Assembly (NCBI RefSeq): GCF_009834535.1
Contig: NC_045732.1
Location: forward strand, 37,014,001 to 37,078,000
Direction: 5' to 3'
Length of the DNA stretch: 64,000 nucleotides
Origin: Camelus ferus
Lineage: Eukaryota
Shown here: positions 48,411 through 60,959 of the stretch, piece by piece
Position numbering within the stretch: the stretch's first letter is position 1
Layout: each line of letters starts with the position of its first letter
Made by a program: the position numbers and the translations under genes
The notes under the pieces: model-generated
Seen by the model: the letters and a program-made list of their open reading frames with translations, nothing else
The model's database searches: none
What the model was told of the DNA's origin: nothing

Positions 48411-49607
48411 TAAATTATTCACAGACGTAATTACCTAGTGAAAAACAAACCTCTCTTTTATTCAAGGAGAGCACAGGTGAGCCCAGAAAATTTAAGTTAT
48501 ATTACTAGCCCTACTATAAAAGCTCTCTGGACTCTTGAGTGCCCAATTTCGGATCTCTATAATAAGAGATAGTCTTGGCTGATGTCTTTCATCCTGTGAG
48601 TCTGTGTTAAAAGCACATCTGAATTATCCCTTTGGATGCCCTGAAACCAGCCATTATGATAACTGGCATTCCTGTGCATTGCTATCACAAAGGTATAAGA
48701 AAGTAATGAAATCCAGACAGTGCTCCAAGGCATGGGGAGGATGCTGTCATTTTTTGAATACTACAATTTGGTAAAAAAAAAAAAAATCAATCTAATGTGA
48801 AGGACAAAGTGATGGCGTCTACACCAGCTTGATATTTCAGAACTCAAATTCAAGGGCGCTTTTAAATCTGAGTCCTGGCTGTGAAGTTGACCTCATGTAC
48901 TTCCTACCTATCAGCCTCCCACAGAATGTATGGAAAATGTGGCTTCTTTTATAGGTCCAGAGTAACCCTTTTGATACACAAGAAACTAGTAATAATTGTC
49001 TCTGAGAAGTGGAACTGGGAAGTTCAAGGATAGAGGTAGGAGGGAGACTTTGTTTCCACAGCAAATCCTTTTATATGGTTTGATTTTTTTAACATGTAAA
49101 TATTCTGCCAACACAAAAACATAAATTCATAAATAAATACACCCAAATAAAAAAGTGCAGATCCCCTTAGGAGAAGCTCTATGTTAAGATACTCCCAGCC
49201 TCATACAGAATAAATAGGCCTTTTAGGGGATAAAAACTAATCCTGTAAGAGATTCATACACAAACCAGCCCTAAAGGATCCCCACAGAACCTTTTATATA
49301 CCCCATCTCTACTGAATTCTTTGCACCATTGTGTTTCTCATTACATATAATTTCCTATCAGGAGTCTTTTGAAGGGAAAACTCCCCTAAAGAGAAACCAT
49401 TTCAGAAACGAAGTAAGAGAATTGACCTTCTCATTAAGAGATGATGATTCAAAATATTGTGCACCCGGGTATTTCTGACCAAGCATGTGTTTGCTGTTGT
49501 CTCAGTAGTCACTGCTGTGCGTTCACTTCGATGATCTAAGACATTCAGAGCTGAATATGTGAGGCCTAAAAATCCCCCACCCCTGCTTCTGCTTCTTGAG
49601 TTTAAGA

Positions 49608-49693
49608 TGGACTGAGGGATTTCTGGGGATATGGGACTATCAGTGCTAAAAACCAGGAGGGTCACAGGCGAACCAGGGTGATTTGGTCACCCA
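49608..49693. mobile_element. hAT-Blackjack fragment (MER94/MER81-like)
   Basis: ggactgagggatttctggggatatgggactatcagtgctaaaaaccagga...ttggtcaccc. Confidence 0.65.
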
Positions 49694-50113
49694 AGCGCCA
49701 TGTCAGGCACAGTCCCACAGCAGGGGGCTTCAGCCTGATCCGACCAGTGAGTTCTGGCATGTAGGTTATGACCCAGAGTCTTCCCAACCTGGGACAAGGA
49801 AGGTAGGCTCTTATCCTTGGAAGCGGTCATTGGTCAAGGGCAGGGTGGGGAGGTGGGGTGGTGAATCCCCTGGCACTTTTGGCAGGAAAAGCAGCCAGCT
49901 AGCCAGAGGCCAACTGCTGAAGAACTATGAGTGGTAGGTGTTCAAAGTGCACTGAAATTGGGAGAGGGAGCGAAAGCTATAAAATGGGGTCCTCTGACGG
50001 CATCTGGGTGGAGCACCAACGTTGTCTGCTGCATCCCGCCAAAGCCAAATAAAACCAACAAAACCAAACCAAATGCTTTTCCCTAGTGTTCTTGCCAAAC
50101 CAGTTTGAGTCAG

Positions 50114-50301
50114 NNNNNNNNNNNNNNNNNNNNNNNNNNNNNNNNNNNNNNNNNNNNNNNNNNNNNNNNNNNNNNNNNNNNNNNNNNNNNNNNNNNNNNN
50201 NNNNNNNNNNNNNNNNNNNNNNNNNNNNNNNNNNNNNNNNNNNNNNNNNNNNNNNNNNNNNNNNNNNNNNNNNNNNNNNNNNNNNNNNNNNNNNNNNNNN
50301 N
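50114..50301. other. Assembly gap (188 N)
   Basis: Run of N in intron 6. Confidence 1.
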
Positions 50302-50557
50302 GCCCTAGGCCTTCCTTGGCTTGTGGCTGCATCACTCCAATCTCTGCCTCCATCTTCCTCCCTTTATGCTCGTGTTTCTCTGTCCAGTGTTCCTCTTCTT
50401 ACGAGGATAGCAGACATATTAAATTCAAGCCAACCCAAATCCAGTATGACCTCCTTTTAACCAATTACATCTGCAAAGACCCTATTTCTAAAAAACACCA
50501 TATTCTGGGGTTCTGGTTGGGAATGAATTTTTGGAGGACACACTTCTACCTAATACA
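50302..50557 (-). mobile_element. MaLR LTR (MLT1C-like), left part lost in the assembly gap
   Basis: ccttccttggcttgtggctgcatcactccaatctctgcc...ccagtatgacctc...acatctgcaaagaccctattt; parallels the right half of the 37.5-kb copy. Confidence 0.8.
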
Positions 50558-51190
50558 CTTGCCATAGGAGAAATGTCAGGCATAGGCAGCAGCATATGTT
50601 AGAAGTCACCCTATCATAGTAATAGGGGGACTGAGTTTGGGGACTCAGAGAGCTAACTCTTACAACAGATAATTCTCTTTCATTCAGCATCAGCATGAAC
50701 TGAAATAAAGGGCCAGATCTGACATGTGTATAAAGTGGTTCTTCTTCATTTTATGGGAAGAGTTAGCACACGCTCACTACAAATCTAGTTTGGAGAAAGG
50801 CTCTATATTAATGAAAACTATTACTGCATTTAGTTTTTACAGATAAAACATACATTAACAATAATTGTTCCCTGCTATAAGGTGTTTTTGGAAAGGCTTT
50901 ATTCTGTTGGAGAAATATATGGTTTCAACATTTTATTGCATGTCAAAGATGTTTTATTAACGTCAAAGGAAAAATTCCAATATTATAGAGTAATTTCAGT
51001 GCTGTTCTTATGCAGAAACTTATTTAAATGATAAAGAGTACTAAAACCTGGTTAAATCTTGGTGGGAGGGAGTACGACTTTTAAAAAGTCTTCTGGAAAA
51101 TCTGAAGTGCATAAGTTGTTCCATCAATTTATAAATAGACCTATTTCCTTTAAAGATAAAGCAAGACTTGTAAATTTAAGAAGCAGTTGT

Positions 51191-51276
51191 AGGGGAATAG
51201 CTCAGTGGTACACCTCATGCTTAGCATGCACAAGGTCCTGGGTTCAATCCCCAGTACCTCCATTAAAATAAAAAAA
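51191..51276 (+). mobile_element. Vic-1-type camelid SINE (short form)
   Basis: ggggaatagctcagtggta...ttagcatgcacaaggtcctgggttcaatccccagtacctcc followed by an A-rich tail; TSD is only degenerate. Confidence 0.85.
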
Positions 51277-51996
51277 GCACTGAAAAGTTTCCAAAGCCAT
51301 AATTCATCTATTTCCCCATTCTTCAAGCAAGAATAACTTACATGCTCAAGAAAACATAATTTTGTCCTTGATTGTAAAATTGCTCCATAAACTATTGATG
51401 GTAATGATTTTAACATTGTTCTAAGTGAATATTTAGATGGAACTGGGTTTGTTAATCACCTTCTTAGTCTGGTTTTAAGATTTATGTAAAAGCCAATGAG
51501 TGGTTTAGTATTGAAAGCTGAGCTGTGAGTAAAGCATTCCTTTTTGTATTCTCAGTCATGGCCCAGTGCATGCAAGGTTGGGTGATTTTCTAATTTCCAA
51601 ACCTCTCTGTTGGTTCTCTAAGTACTTATTGATTCTTTCTCTAAGAATGATTATACTTAGGGAGTAGAAAACTTGCCTTCCAAAGGGAAGGCTGAATTTT
51701 CAGGGCAGGAGGTACATGGGGTAATAGCCCAGCCGCTTCATTTATGTTCACCAGTATGAATGGTCACAACATTAATTCCTAAATTAGCAAGCCTTTATCA
51801 ATTACCTCTCCCAAATTCCAATATACAAAGCTCCAGAATTTATGGCTATTTGAGGATGATAAAGCTGCCAAAATGCCTGCAGGCATCATCATCTGAGCAG
51901 TCTCTTTCCTCAAGAATTCTGTAATGAGAGAGGGAACTATGATAGACAATCGTATGCAAATAAACGCAATTTCAAATGAATAAACCTGAACATGCC

Positions 51997-52444
51997 TGTC
52001 GTGGGTTGAGTTTCCTGGGAAGCAGTCTCTGAGAGAGTTCAGCCTGCAGGATGTGCTGGATGTTTATTAGGGCGTGCCCTTGAGAAGGGGGGGGGGCGGG
52101 AAGGAAGCAGGAGTGGCAGAGGGAGGGAGAAGCCGAGCTGCGATGCAGGGCCAAGAACAGCCTCGGCTGACCTTATGGAGAGTTCTAGATCTGAGATGGC
52201 CATTTAGGGCTGTCCTGAGTTGGGAGGAGGGAGTCAGGTTTTCATGCCCTCCCGTCAGTCACTGAATGCAGTTGGCCTTGGAAGGGTATGTGACCTTGGG
52301 TGACTCGGCTCTCTGCAGCTGAGGCAGTGCCCAGAGAGGGCTGACAGCTGAAAGCCATCTTCCGGCAGCACGCCCAGCAGCTGGGGGTATCAGCCCTTTA
52401 TTCATGAAGGGGGGTCTGGGTGGCACATCACAGCACCCATCACA
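51997..52444 (-). mobile_element. Solo ERVL LTR (LTR16-like)
   Basis: tgtcgtgggttgagtttcctgggaagcagtctctgag...gccgagctgcgatgcag...cacagcacccatcaca; near-perfect TSD atgcc/attcc. Confidence 0.75.
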
Positions 52445-53760
52445 ATTCCCTACTGAGAATTTATTAAAACCAAGTCATGATAAATTCTAAGATTTCAGGA
52501 GGATGAGAAGGATGGAGGAAGGTGAGAATAATTATGGTGTTTGGACTGACAAGCCTTTCACATGGAGGGTCTGGAGGTGAGGCTGGGCTACAGTTTTGAC
52601 AAGGGAGGAGCTGACAAGTTCCGAAGAAGATGGGCCCAGGAGGGGAAAAAGGGGAGGTGTTCAAGGGCAAAAGGCTGTGATGGCAGAAAAGGGCAAGACA
52701 TGTACAAGGATGACAATGAGATTGGTTTTCCTGCAGCAAGATGTTGAGAAAAATTAAAAGAGACAGAAGCAGGAGATATCGGCCTGGAGCCTTGATACCC
52801 TTAATCAGCTTCGACTTAAGAAGCAAGTAGTAAACATTGAAAGCTTCAAAGAAAACAATTCTTGCTGCTCTGCACGGAACAGACTGGAGATGAGGATGGA
52901 GGCAGAGGGGCTACCTGTGGGATTTGGAATAGCTTGGGGGGCTTTAGCTGTTCCCACTGTGTCCCCTCACCTAGGGTTGAGACCAGGGTGAGGAGGCGAG
53001 GTGCTTATGGTCTAAAATTTGTGCTTGCACGACTCTGACAGCGAGTGCCTCCTTAGATTTGGTGCCGAAGCACCTTACTTGCCTCACCCAAGCCCCTACC
53101 CTGCCCTCACCAAACCATCCCGAACAAATACATTTCAGCGAAAACAGTATACTTGCTGTGAAAATGCCATTTCAAAGCAAGCGCCCTGCACTCAGAACAC
53201 CTGCCGGTGAGCGCAAAAGAATAAGACGTGTGCATGTGGGCTCTTAGCATTTAACTGAGGGGGAGAGGGAAGGTTTTTCTGAGGAGGAAACATTTTAGCT
53301 GAGACCTGCAAGCATTATCCACATGGAGTGGGTGGGAAAAAGCATTTCAGACAAAAAAGGCATTAAAAAGAAAAACAGCTTGTGGAAAGACTCTGAGACA
53401 AAAATGCATTAAGTTGTAGAATTACGTATATAATCCTCTTAAACTATTAGAGGAAAAAGAAGACATGCTACCAAGAGTTAGAAAGCACCGCACCCCGTTG
53501 GTCTGAATGACTAAAGAGGGCAAAGATCATAAAAGAAAAACAGGGCAATTGATTAACTTTTTAAATTCCCCAAACCACTATGAAGATTGCAAATTCTAGA
53601 TGGCAGTATCTTATTCTACTAAACATGGCTGGGCTACAACTTACAGCAAAAAAGGGAGAGAGAGAATATTGTTGAAAGGACAATAATGCATACTTTCTTA
53701 CATATGAGAAAGTATAATTAATAAAATTACCTAAATAGCTGTTAATTCTTCCCCCTGCAG

Positions 53761-53814
53761 GGTTATGAGCCGGATCCCAGTATAACCAAGTTGGCAGAGC
53801 AGTATGCCAAGGAG
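53761..53814 (+). CDS. OTC: OTC exon 7
   Basis: cag acceptor; 54 nt; GYEPDPSITKLAEQYAKE; donor gtatgc; followed by an 80-nt intron 7 (53815-53894). Confidence 0.99.
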
Positions 53815-53894
53815 GTATGCTCCTTATATGCAAAGTCCAAATTGTCCTTCTCTGTCCCATGAAGTTCTCTAACCAGCTTGTTTGTGTCTGCTAG

Positions 53895-54074
<180 letters not shown>

Positions 54075-54511
54075 TAATTCCATTCATAAAGGTCAGAAGC
54101 ATCTAATCACTCATTCACTTTGGGGAGAGCAGACTGTCCTTTCATTCCCTATAGAGGACTCACTGACTATCCCCCAGTGATTTCTCTCCTCCTGAAGATT
54201 AGCTATGTCCTTTGGAAAGACACTTTTGCCCGGGATGAAGGAATTTGCAGCCCAGGCAGAAGAAAGAAGCAAGCTTTTCCCTCTCACAGCGCTGGAGACA
54301 TTGGAATGCTTCTCTTTTTTTAGAGACATTACGTTACTTTTGTTGCAGTTTCTTCTGATTTCTCTAAGAAAAGCTCCTTAATTCTGTACTTCAGGCTAGT
54401 CCTTGCCTCTGTTTTCTAAGGACTCTCAAGTTCAGTTGAATTTTACTACCTGCCTCCAAGGCATTCCCAGGAGAATCCCATCTAATCGGATGCCTTTCAT
54501 GAAGATTGAAG

Positions 54512-54696
54512 CAATGCTTCTCAATCTCGAGCATGCCTTAGACTTGCCTGGAGTTGTTCCTACACAGCTGGCAGGAACCACTTCTCCAGGGATTCTGAAT
54601 CAGTAGGTCAGGGGTGGGACCCAAGAATTTGCATTTCTGCCAAGTTCCCAGGTGATGCAATGCTGCTGCTCCAGGGTCATGCTTTGAGAACCGCTG
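54512..54696 (-). mobile_element. MER5A MITE
   Basis: caatgcttctcaa...gaatttgcatttctgccaagttcccaggtgatgcaatgctgctgctccagggtcatgctttgagaaccgctg. Confidence 0.85.
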
Positions 54697-54839
54697 TTCT
54701 GCAGGAATACCCTCAAAGTCAGATGTACATTGGGATTCTGTTTGCAGAGCAACTAATTTGTTTTGGTGGAGAAAGTGATTGAGCAATTCCAATAGATATT
54801 TTATTGATAAAGTAAAATATAAATATAAGCTCCTTATTT

Positions 54840-55620
54840 ATACATGACAACGGAATGAATTTTGAAAAATAAAAAGTAAAAATGTATTTTCCCCATCCCC
54901 TTCACAGTGACTATTCTCAGAGGTAGCCACTGTTAAACAATTTGTTGTGTCTCTTTGCAGACCTCTTCTGTGTACTTACATATGCCTACACACACACACA
55001 CACAAATATTGATTTATCATAAATGGTAGATTAGACGTATTATTCTGACTTATTTTTTCCAAATAACAAATCTTAGGTTTTCTTGTCCATTCACTTAGAT
55101 AGTTTTCATTCTTTTTAACGGCTGCATTGAATTCCAAAGTATGAGTGGACCATATTTTACTTAAAATGTTTCCTGTTGAAAAATTAGGCTATTTCCAATT
55201 ATGCCGATTATAAACAATGCTGCAATGAAGATCCTTATCTATATTTCTTTGTGCAGGTATTACTAGAGAATAGATCCCTAGAAGAAGAATTTCTGGGTGA
55301 AGTGGCATATACTTTTTAAAATACAAGGAATGTTGCTAAATTGCCCATCCAAAAAGGATTGACAATTTAAACTCCCTCCACGCTCTCTCCATTCTTCGTT
55401 GCTATTTACATTTTGAATATTTAAAAATCTATATCTCATGCTTTTTAAAATTTTCATTTCTCTGATTACTAATGGGGTTAATTTAAACATCTTTGCAAGT
55501 TTATTGGCCATTTCCGTATCTTTTTTCTATAAAACTGCTGTCATATCCATTCATATCATCATATCACATCACATCATATCATATCCTTTGCCCGTTTTCT
55601 ATTGTTTTTTGTACAAAACC
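54840..55620 (-). mobile_element. L1ME-type fragment with (CA)8 and (CATAT/CACAT)n microsatellites
   Basis: gaggtagccactgttaaacaatttg...ataaacaatgctgcaatgaagatcctt...catttctctgattactaatggggtt; (CA)8 at 54988-55003, pentamer repeats at ~55551-55586. Confidence 0.75.
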
Positions 55621-55792
55621 AAAAAATATTTAGTACAAAGGTAGTAATTTTGAGGTAAGAAGCTATGAGGGAATGTAGTTTTGAATCTGTAAGTGAACAA
55701 TGAAAATGGATGGGAAAATGTAACTTTCAGGCATTAACTGTTGGAGAAAATTAAAATTGTTAGGACATTTGCATTAAGAATGAACCATCTAG

Positions 55793-55894
55793 AATATGAA
55801 AATGAATATATGTATGTATATGCATGACGGGGACATTGTGCTGTATACCAGAAATTGACACATGTAACTGACTGTACTTCAATTAAAAAAAAAA
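55793..55894 (+). mobile_element. Short camelid L1 3'-end insertion
   Basis: aatgaatatatgtatgtatatgcatgacggggac...cttcaatt + poly(A); 17-bp TSD aagaatgaa(c/g)catctag (55776-55792 / 55895-55911). Confidence 0.85.
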
Positions 55895-56417
55895 AAGAAT
55901 GAAGCATCTAGTGCATAGTGCCCATAATCCTGTTTAATGCACTCCTATCTCAGAGCTCTTTTTCAAAAATTTTTTTAACTAGTAATGAAGTATGCTTCAA
56001 GTGCTAAAGACAATAATTTGGAGATAAGCTAATAATATAACAACAAGGATATAAAAGCAACCTTTAAAATATACTGGGGTATAATTGGTGACTTTTGCTA
56101 TCAGCCACATATTACAATAGTAGAGGTCTTTATTGAAACGTCCACTATCCCACTAGACAGAGTACCAGAAAACTGAGTTAGTGGTTTAATTTGGAGTGAT
56201 AATCTTCCAAATTAAAAATGACTATAAAGGTTTGTAAGCTGAAAGTACCATATGTATTTCCACTGGGTGCCTTGAGCTTAAACCCTCACTCTTCCCCTTG
56301 ATCTCTCCCTTTGCATTGACCTCCGACTCTAGGTCAGAGTCAGAGACTCTGACGACGACAAATGTGATAGCCGCATAAAATAGTCAAAACACAGTCTTAC
56401 CTTCATCTTTTCTTTAG

Positions 56418-56669
<252 letters not shown>

Positions 56670-57269
56670 TGATACGGCATCTATTTTTTTCCTCAGAAAG
56701 TTCATAATAGAGTATTATTGCTTATTAGCATTTATTGTGTATTTTTAATGGAGTAAAAGTGATCCCCATCTAAATATACCTATTTTAGTCCAAACTCTTA
56801 CTGTTGTTGATCAGCCTGGGCACCTGCCACCATTGCCTGCCAGCCATTATAAGTTGTACAATTCTTATGCAATAATTTTGTAATCCCCTTGATAATGTTT
56901 ATAGAAGCCCCTAATTCAGTGGCTGGCACAAAATGGGCATTCAAAGAAATCTTAATTCCTTCCTCCCCTCTTTCTTCCTTTCTCTCCTTGCCTAGATAAT
57001 TGTTTTGGTTCTCTACTAACTTTAGCCATACGGACACGTTTGTTTTTAGATATAGAACATTTGCAGAATTGCAGCAAAACTAATCTTAAAAATTATTAGT
57101 GTCTTTAACAAAATGCCACTAGTTTCATCTTCATCACCACTATTCTAGGAAATATTAACTTCACATCTCTGCTTCACAATATCTCAAACATTACTTTCCT
57201 CTCTGGAAATCAGAATACTCAAGTGCCACAATTTAGTACCGCTTTTAGTGATTTAACTCATCTCAATTA

Positions 57270-57760
57270 CTAAACCATCCAGAGTCTAACTGTCAAACAA
57301 TAGAGTCCACTCCAGGTTAATAAAGAAAAAGGAATTTGTTCAAGTTTTAGACACACCTCCCATAATCTCTTAGGAAAGAGAGTGCAGTGAATCATTCTTG
57401 TATACCACATATTCAGAAACAACACAGGCAGGAACATTGCCCAATAACACTGTGGTTATTTTGTAGCCAAAACACCACTGACACAGCCACACATAGCCTG
57501 GTACCTAATGCCCTGGAAACTAAATGTCAGATACTCCATTATAGCTTCCCCAGCTGAACCAGATACCTCCACCTGCATATGGACCACAAGATCCAATTGA
57601 CCAAATATGGCTTCCACTACATGTTCACTTATGGTTCCAAGTCACAATGGCTCCAAGATGCAGCTGAGTGGCATGCCTGCACCCCAGGTGCAAGGGGGTC
57701 TGGGATATGTAGTTTATAGCTTTCAACATCTGGAGTAGACAGAAACAAGCTGGAAAGGAC
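57270..57760. mobile_element. Very old MaLR-like LTR fragment
   Basis: tgtcaaacaatagagtccactccaggttaataaagaaaaaggaattt...gctgagtggcatgcctgcaccccaggtgcaagggggtctgggatatgtagttt; weak recognition. Confidence 0.45.
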
Positions 57761-57998
57761 TGTCTGCTAATTATTTATATAATCTATAAATAGGGGTAGA
57801 TAGGGTTATTGTGATCATTAAAATAATACATGTAAAACATTTCATGTTATCTAATACACTGTAAATATTGTTATTATAATTATCACCATCATCATCTTCA
57901 TTGTTGATCTAATGCAGTGACCAGAAGAGATTTGAGCTCCATTCTGGCTGATTAGAAGCCAATCATGACTCCCTTTGCAATGAAAAGTTGTACATCAG

Positions 57999-58124
57999 AA
58001 TAGACTCATGGACAGAGAATACAGACTTGTGGTTGCCAGGGGGGTGGAGGGTGGGAAGGGATAGACTGGGATTTCAAAATTGTAGAATATATAAACAAGA
58101 TTACACTGTATAGCACGAGAAAAA
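57999..58124 (+). mobile_element. L1 3'UTR fragment with early poly(A)
   Basis: tagactcatggacagagaatacagacttgtggttgccagggggg...tatagcacgag + A-tail; perfect 16-bp TSD aaaagttgtacatcag (57983-57998 / 58125-58140). Confidence 0.85.
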
Positions 58125-58244
58125 AAAAGTTGTACATCAGGCCTAAATTTGTCTAATAAGAGGGTTGATATTTGTTTTACTGTACCTTCCAGCTTGCCAC
58201 CTCAGGACATTAACTTTTGGCTAAAATGATAATTGTCATGTCAT

Positions 58245-58402
58245 CTAGAAGCTTTAATGTCCATTAGGGATCACCTAGGGATCTAGTTAAAGTGCAGATT
58301 TGGATTTAGTGGGTCTGAGATGGGGCCCAAGATTCAGCATTTCTAACAAGCACCCAGGTAATGCAGATGCTGCTGTCCTGCAGCCCACATTTTGAGTAGC
58401 AA
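58245..58402 (-). mobile_element. MER5-family MITE
   Basis: gatcacctagggatctagttaaagtgcagatt...gcatttctaacaagcacccaggtaatgcagatgctgctg. Confidence 0.75.
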
Positions 58403-59536
58403 AGATCCAGATGACAAAAAAGAAAATGTGAGCTCTCCAACCATGTGCCTCAGGAAGAAATGTAGCAAAAAATTTTCCTCAAGCTCTATTCTTTATCAGA
58501 ATATGACTGAAGTTATAAAGGTAAATCAACCCAAATCTGTTAAAGGTCCTTTCTAGAAATTCGGTGGGGGGAGGTAGAAATTAAAAGTAAGCTTTCTAAA
58601 ATATCATTTATGAAGATGCTCTGCACTTCTGAATTTTTAAAAAGCTTACTAAGTACATATTTTAATTGAATTTACTTTAAAAATTAAGTACATAATGTAT
58701 TCACATAGTTGAAGTGTTTACAAGAATATATCTGCCTGCGTGTGCATATATATATATACATACACACAGTGAAATCTTATGCCCACCCATTTTCCATCTT
58801 TCTAAGTCCTACCACCATCTCTACATCTCCCACCTAGCTGAGGTACCCATTTGCCCTAATGGGAAAATACATTTTAAAGAAAACAAGAGGCATGGTCATA
58901 TTAAAAGAAGGTAGAGAATCTAATCTCGACTAGGAGTGAGGAGATGTGAATTCTCTGTCTTTGATACTAGTCAGCTGTGTCATCTTGCATAAGTGTTACC
59001 TCCCTAGGTCCCAGTTTCCTCACAGATAAAATAAGCAGATCAAGCTATATAGATGGCAAATATTTTTAATCTTAGGTCCGCAATCTCATAAACAGGCTAC
59101 TTAAAGTCCTATGTTCAGAAGGTTCTAAGCTTGCCTGTGGTCTTGGAAAGAAAAAGTGGCAAAACTGACTAGTGATATCTGCAATGAATTCTGGAAGGGA
59201 GGTGGTGACACACATGCTATCTTTTTTATGTCTCTGAGTCATCTGATTAGAGTCAAGTTCATTTCGGCAGTCATATACTGAGTGTCTACTGTGTGCCAGG
59301 CCCGCTGCCAGGCATTGGAGATTTAAAAAAATGAATATTGTGCAGTTCCCACACGGTCTGTACAATTCATAGAAACATGACATTTTCAAGTGGGATGAGA
59401 TTGTCTAAGTCTAAATTCCTATTTTATAGGCCAAGAAATTCTTCTTAGCTTATTTAGAATGGCATTTAGGTTCAGCACTGCTGTGACAGTTTTTTCTGGG
59501 ATGTTCCAAAGGCACAACACGTGTTTTCCTCTAGAA

Positions 59537-59757
59537 CTTCCCTATCCAATACAGTAGCCACTAGGCACATATGGCTATTTAAATTTAGACTTAAGCTAAT
59601 TAAAATATAATAAAATATAAGATTCAATTCTTCAGACATACTAACCACATTTCAAGTGCTCAATAGCCACATACGGCTGGTGGCTGCACTATTTGTATTT
59701 GACAGCACAGACATAGAACATTTCCATCATTGCAGAAAGTCCTACTGGATAGCACTA
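59537..59757. mobile_element. MER3/MER33-type hAT-Charlie MITE
   Basis: tatccaatacagtagccactaggcacatatggctatttaaattt...catttcaagtgctcaatagccac...tagaacatttccatcattgcagaaagt; tctaga flanks on both sides (Charlie target site). Confidence 0.85.
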
Positions 59758-60299
59758 CTGTCTAGAGAATGATTTCTACACACATAATTTCAGGACAGAA
59801 GAAGGAAGGAAAGATACAATCTGGCCTCAAGTCCTAAGGTGCCCATAATGACTGATGTAATAACTAAATAAGCCGAAGGGCTTGTTCTAAAAGCATAGAA
59901 CATTTTTAAAGCAAAAGTGCACTCTTTCAGTACTCAGGGGAGCTTTTTAAGGCCTCCATGCTGGGTGATTTCCAGCAGTGCTGTTCAGAACACTCCAATA
60001 ATCACATAATTCTCTCCATAGTGCACAGGCCTTTGGATTTGTTGAAAAAAACAACACGCACACCCTCTCTTCCCCACAAAGTTTGCTTTTGTATTTTTCA
60101 ATAATGAGTAAAGCTGAAGGACTCACGAAAAGTCAGGTAGTTTCATTCCTCTGCCTACAAACTTTACTGTGGAGCTAAAGTAACCTAAAGGGACCCAAAA
60201 AATCTGACACTTCAAAGTACTGCTATCAGGATGACCCTTAGAACTACAACGATATTGCAGATGTAATTCACAGTCTTCTATAGTCTCTTCTCTCCAAGT

Positions 60300-60503
60300 C
60301 AGGGGTGCCAGATAAAATACAGGATACCTGGTTATATTGGGGTTTCAAATAAACAATAAATAATTAGTATAGATATGTCCCATTCAATTTCTGGGAACAT
60401 ATAGTTTAAAAAAATTGTCATTTATCCAAAATGCCAATTTGTCTTCCTTCCTTCTTTCCTCCCTTCCTCCTCTTCCTTTCTTTCACTAAATCTGGCATCT
60501 CTA
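60300..60503. mobile_element. MER53-type palindromic hAT MITE with internal CT-rich expansion
   Basis: TIRs aggggtgccagataaaatacagga / aaatctggcatctcta; CT-rich tract at ~60443-60482. Confidence 0.75.
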
Positions 60504-60639
60504 CTCCAAACTGATTAAGATTTAACATTTGAAAATAAATTTGACACATATAATGACATTAAAAACAAAACCAAACCTGAGATGTTGTCCCGGGAAACCA
60601 TAAAACAGCCTAAAATATTTTACCTGAAGGATGTTCTTA

Positions 60640-60950
60640 TCCCAGAGTTTGACCTTCCCATTTTCTTCTTGTCATTCAGATCTCAATTTAAATGTCATTC
60701 CTTTAACAAGGTCTTCTCTGGCCACCCACTCTTAAGTGGTTCCCCAGCCTCCTTCATCCTGTTTCTTATTTTATTTTCTAATAACATCTGTTACTATTTG
60801 ATATTTTCTTATTTGTTTGCTGCCTGTCCCTTCCGTATAATGAAAATTCCTTCATAAGAGCATTGATATTGTCTGTAATATCCTTCATCATACCTAGAAT
60901 GGTGTCTGACAAATGGTACCTGACCCTAAATATGTGCTCAATACATTTTT
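60640..60950 (+). mobile_element. L2 3' fragment
   Basis: tcattcagatctcaatttaaatgtcattcc...catacctagaatggtgtctgac...gtgctcaatacatttt. Confidence 0.7.
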
Positions 60951-60959
60951 GTAGCCTAA

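Noticed and set aside
49520-49555. 28S rRNA pseudogene fragment on the - strand
   Set aside because: Similarity is limited to two ~10-nt blocks separated by a 10-nt insertion and does not extend into the flanks.
49925-50460. Long ORFs containing X runs; possible hidden feature in the gap
   Set aside because: Artefacts of the 188-N gap. By comparison with the 37.5-kb copy, the gap length matches the missing ~190-nt part of the adjoining MLT1C-like LTR.
55135-55150. Possible counterpart of human c.867+1126A>G (agtAtgagt at intron 8 +1097)
   Set aside because: Lies in degraded L1ME with several near-donor motifs; orthology cannot be assigned without an alignment.
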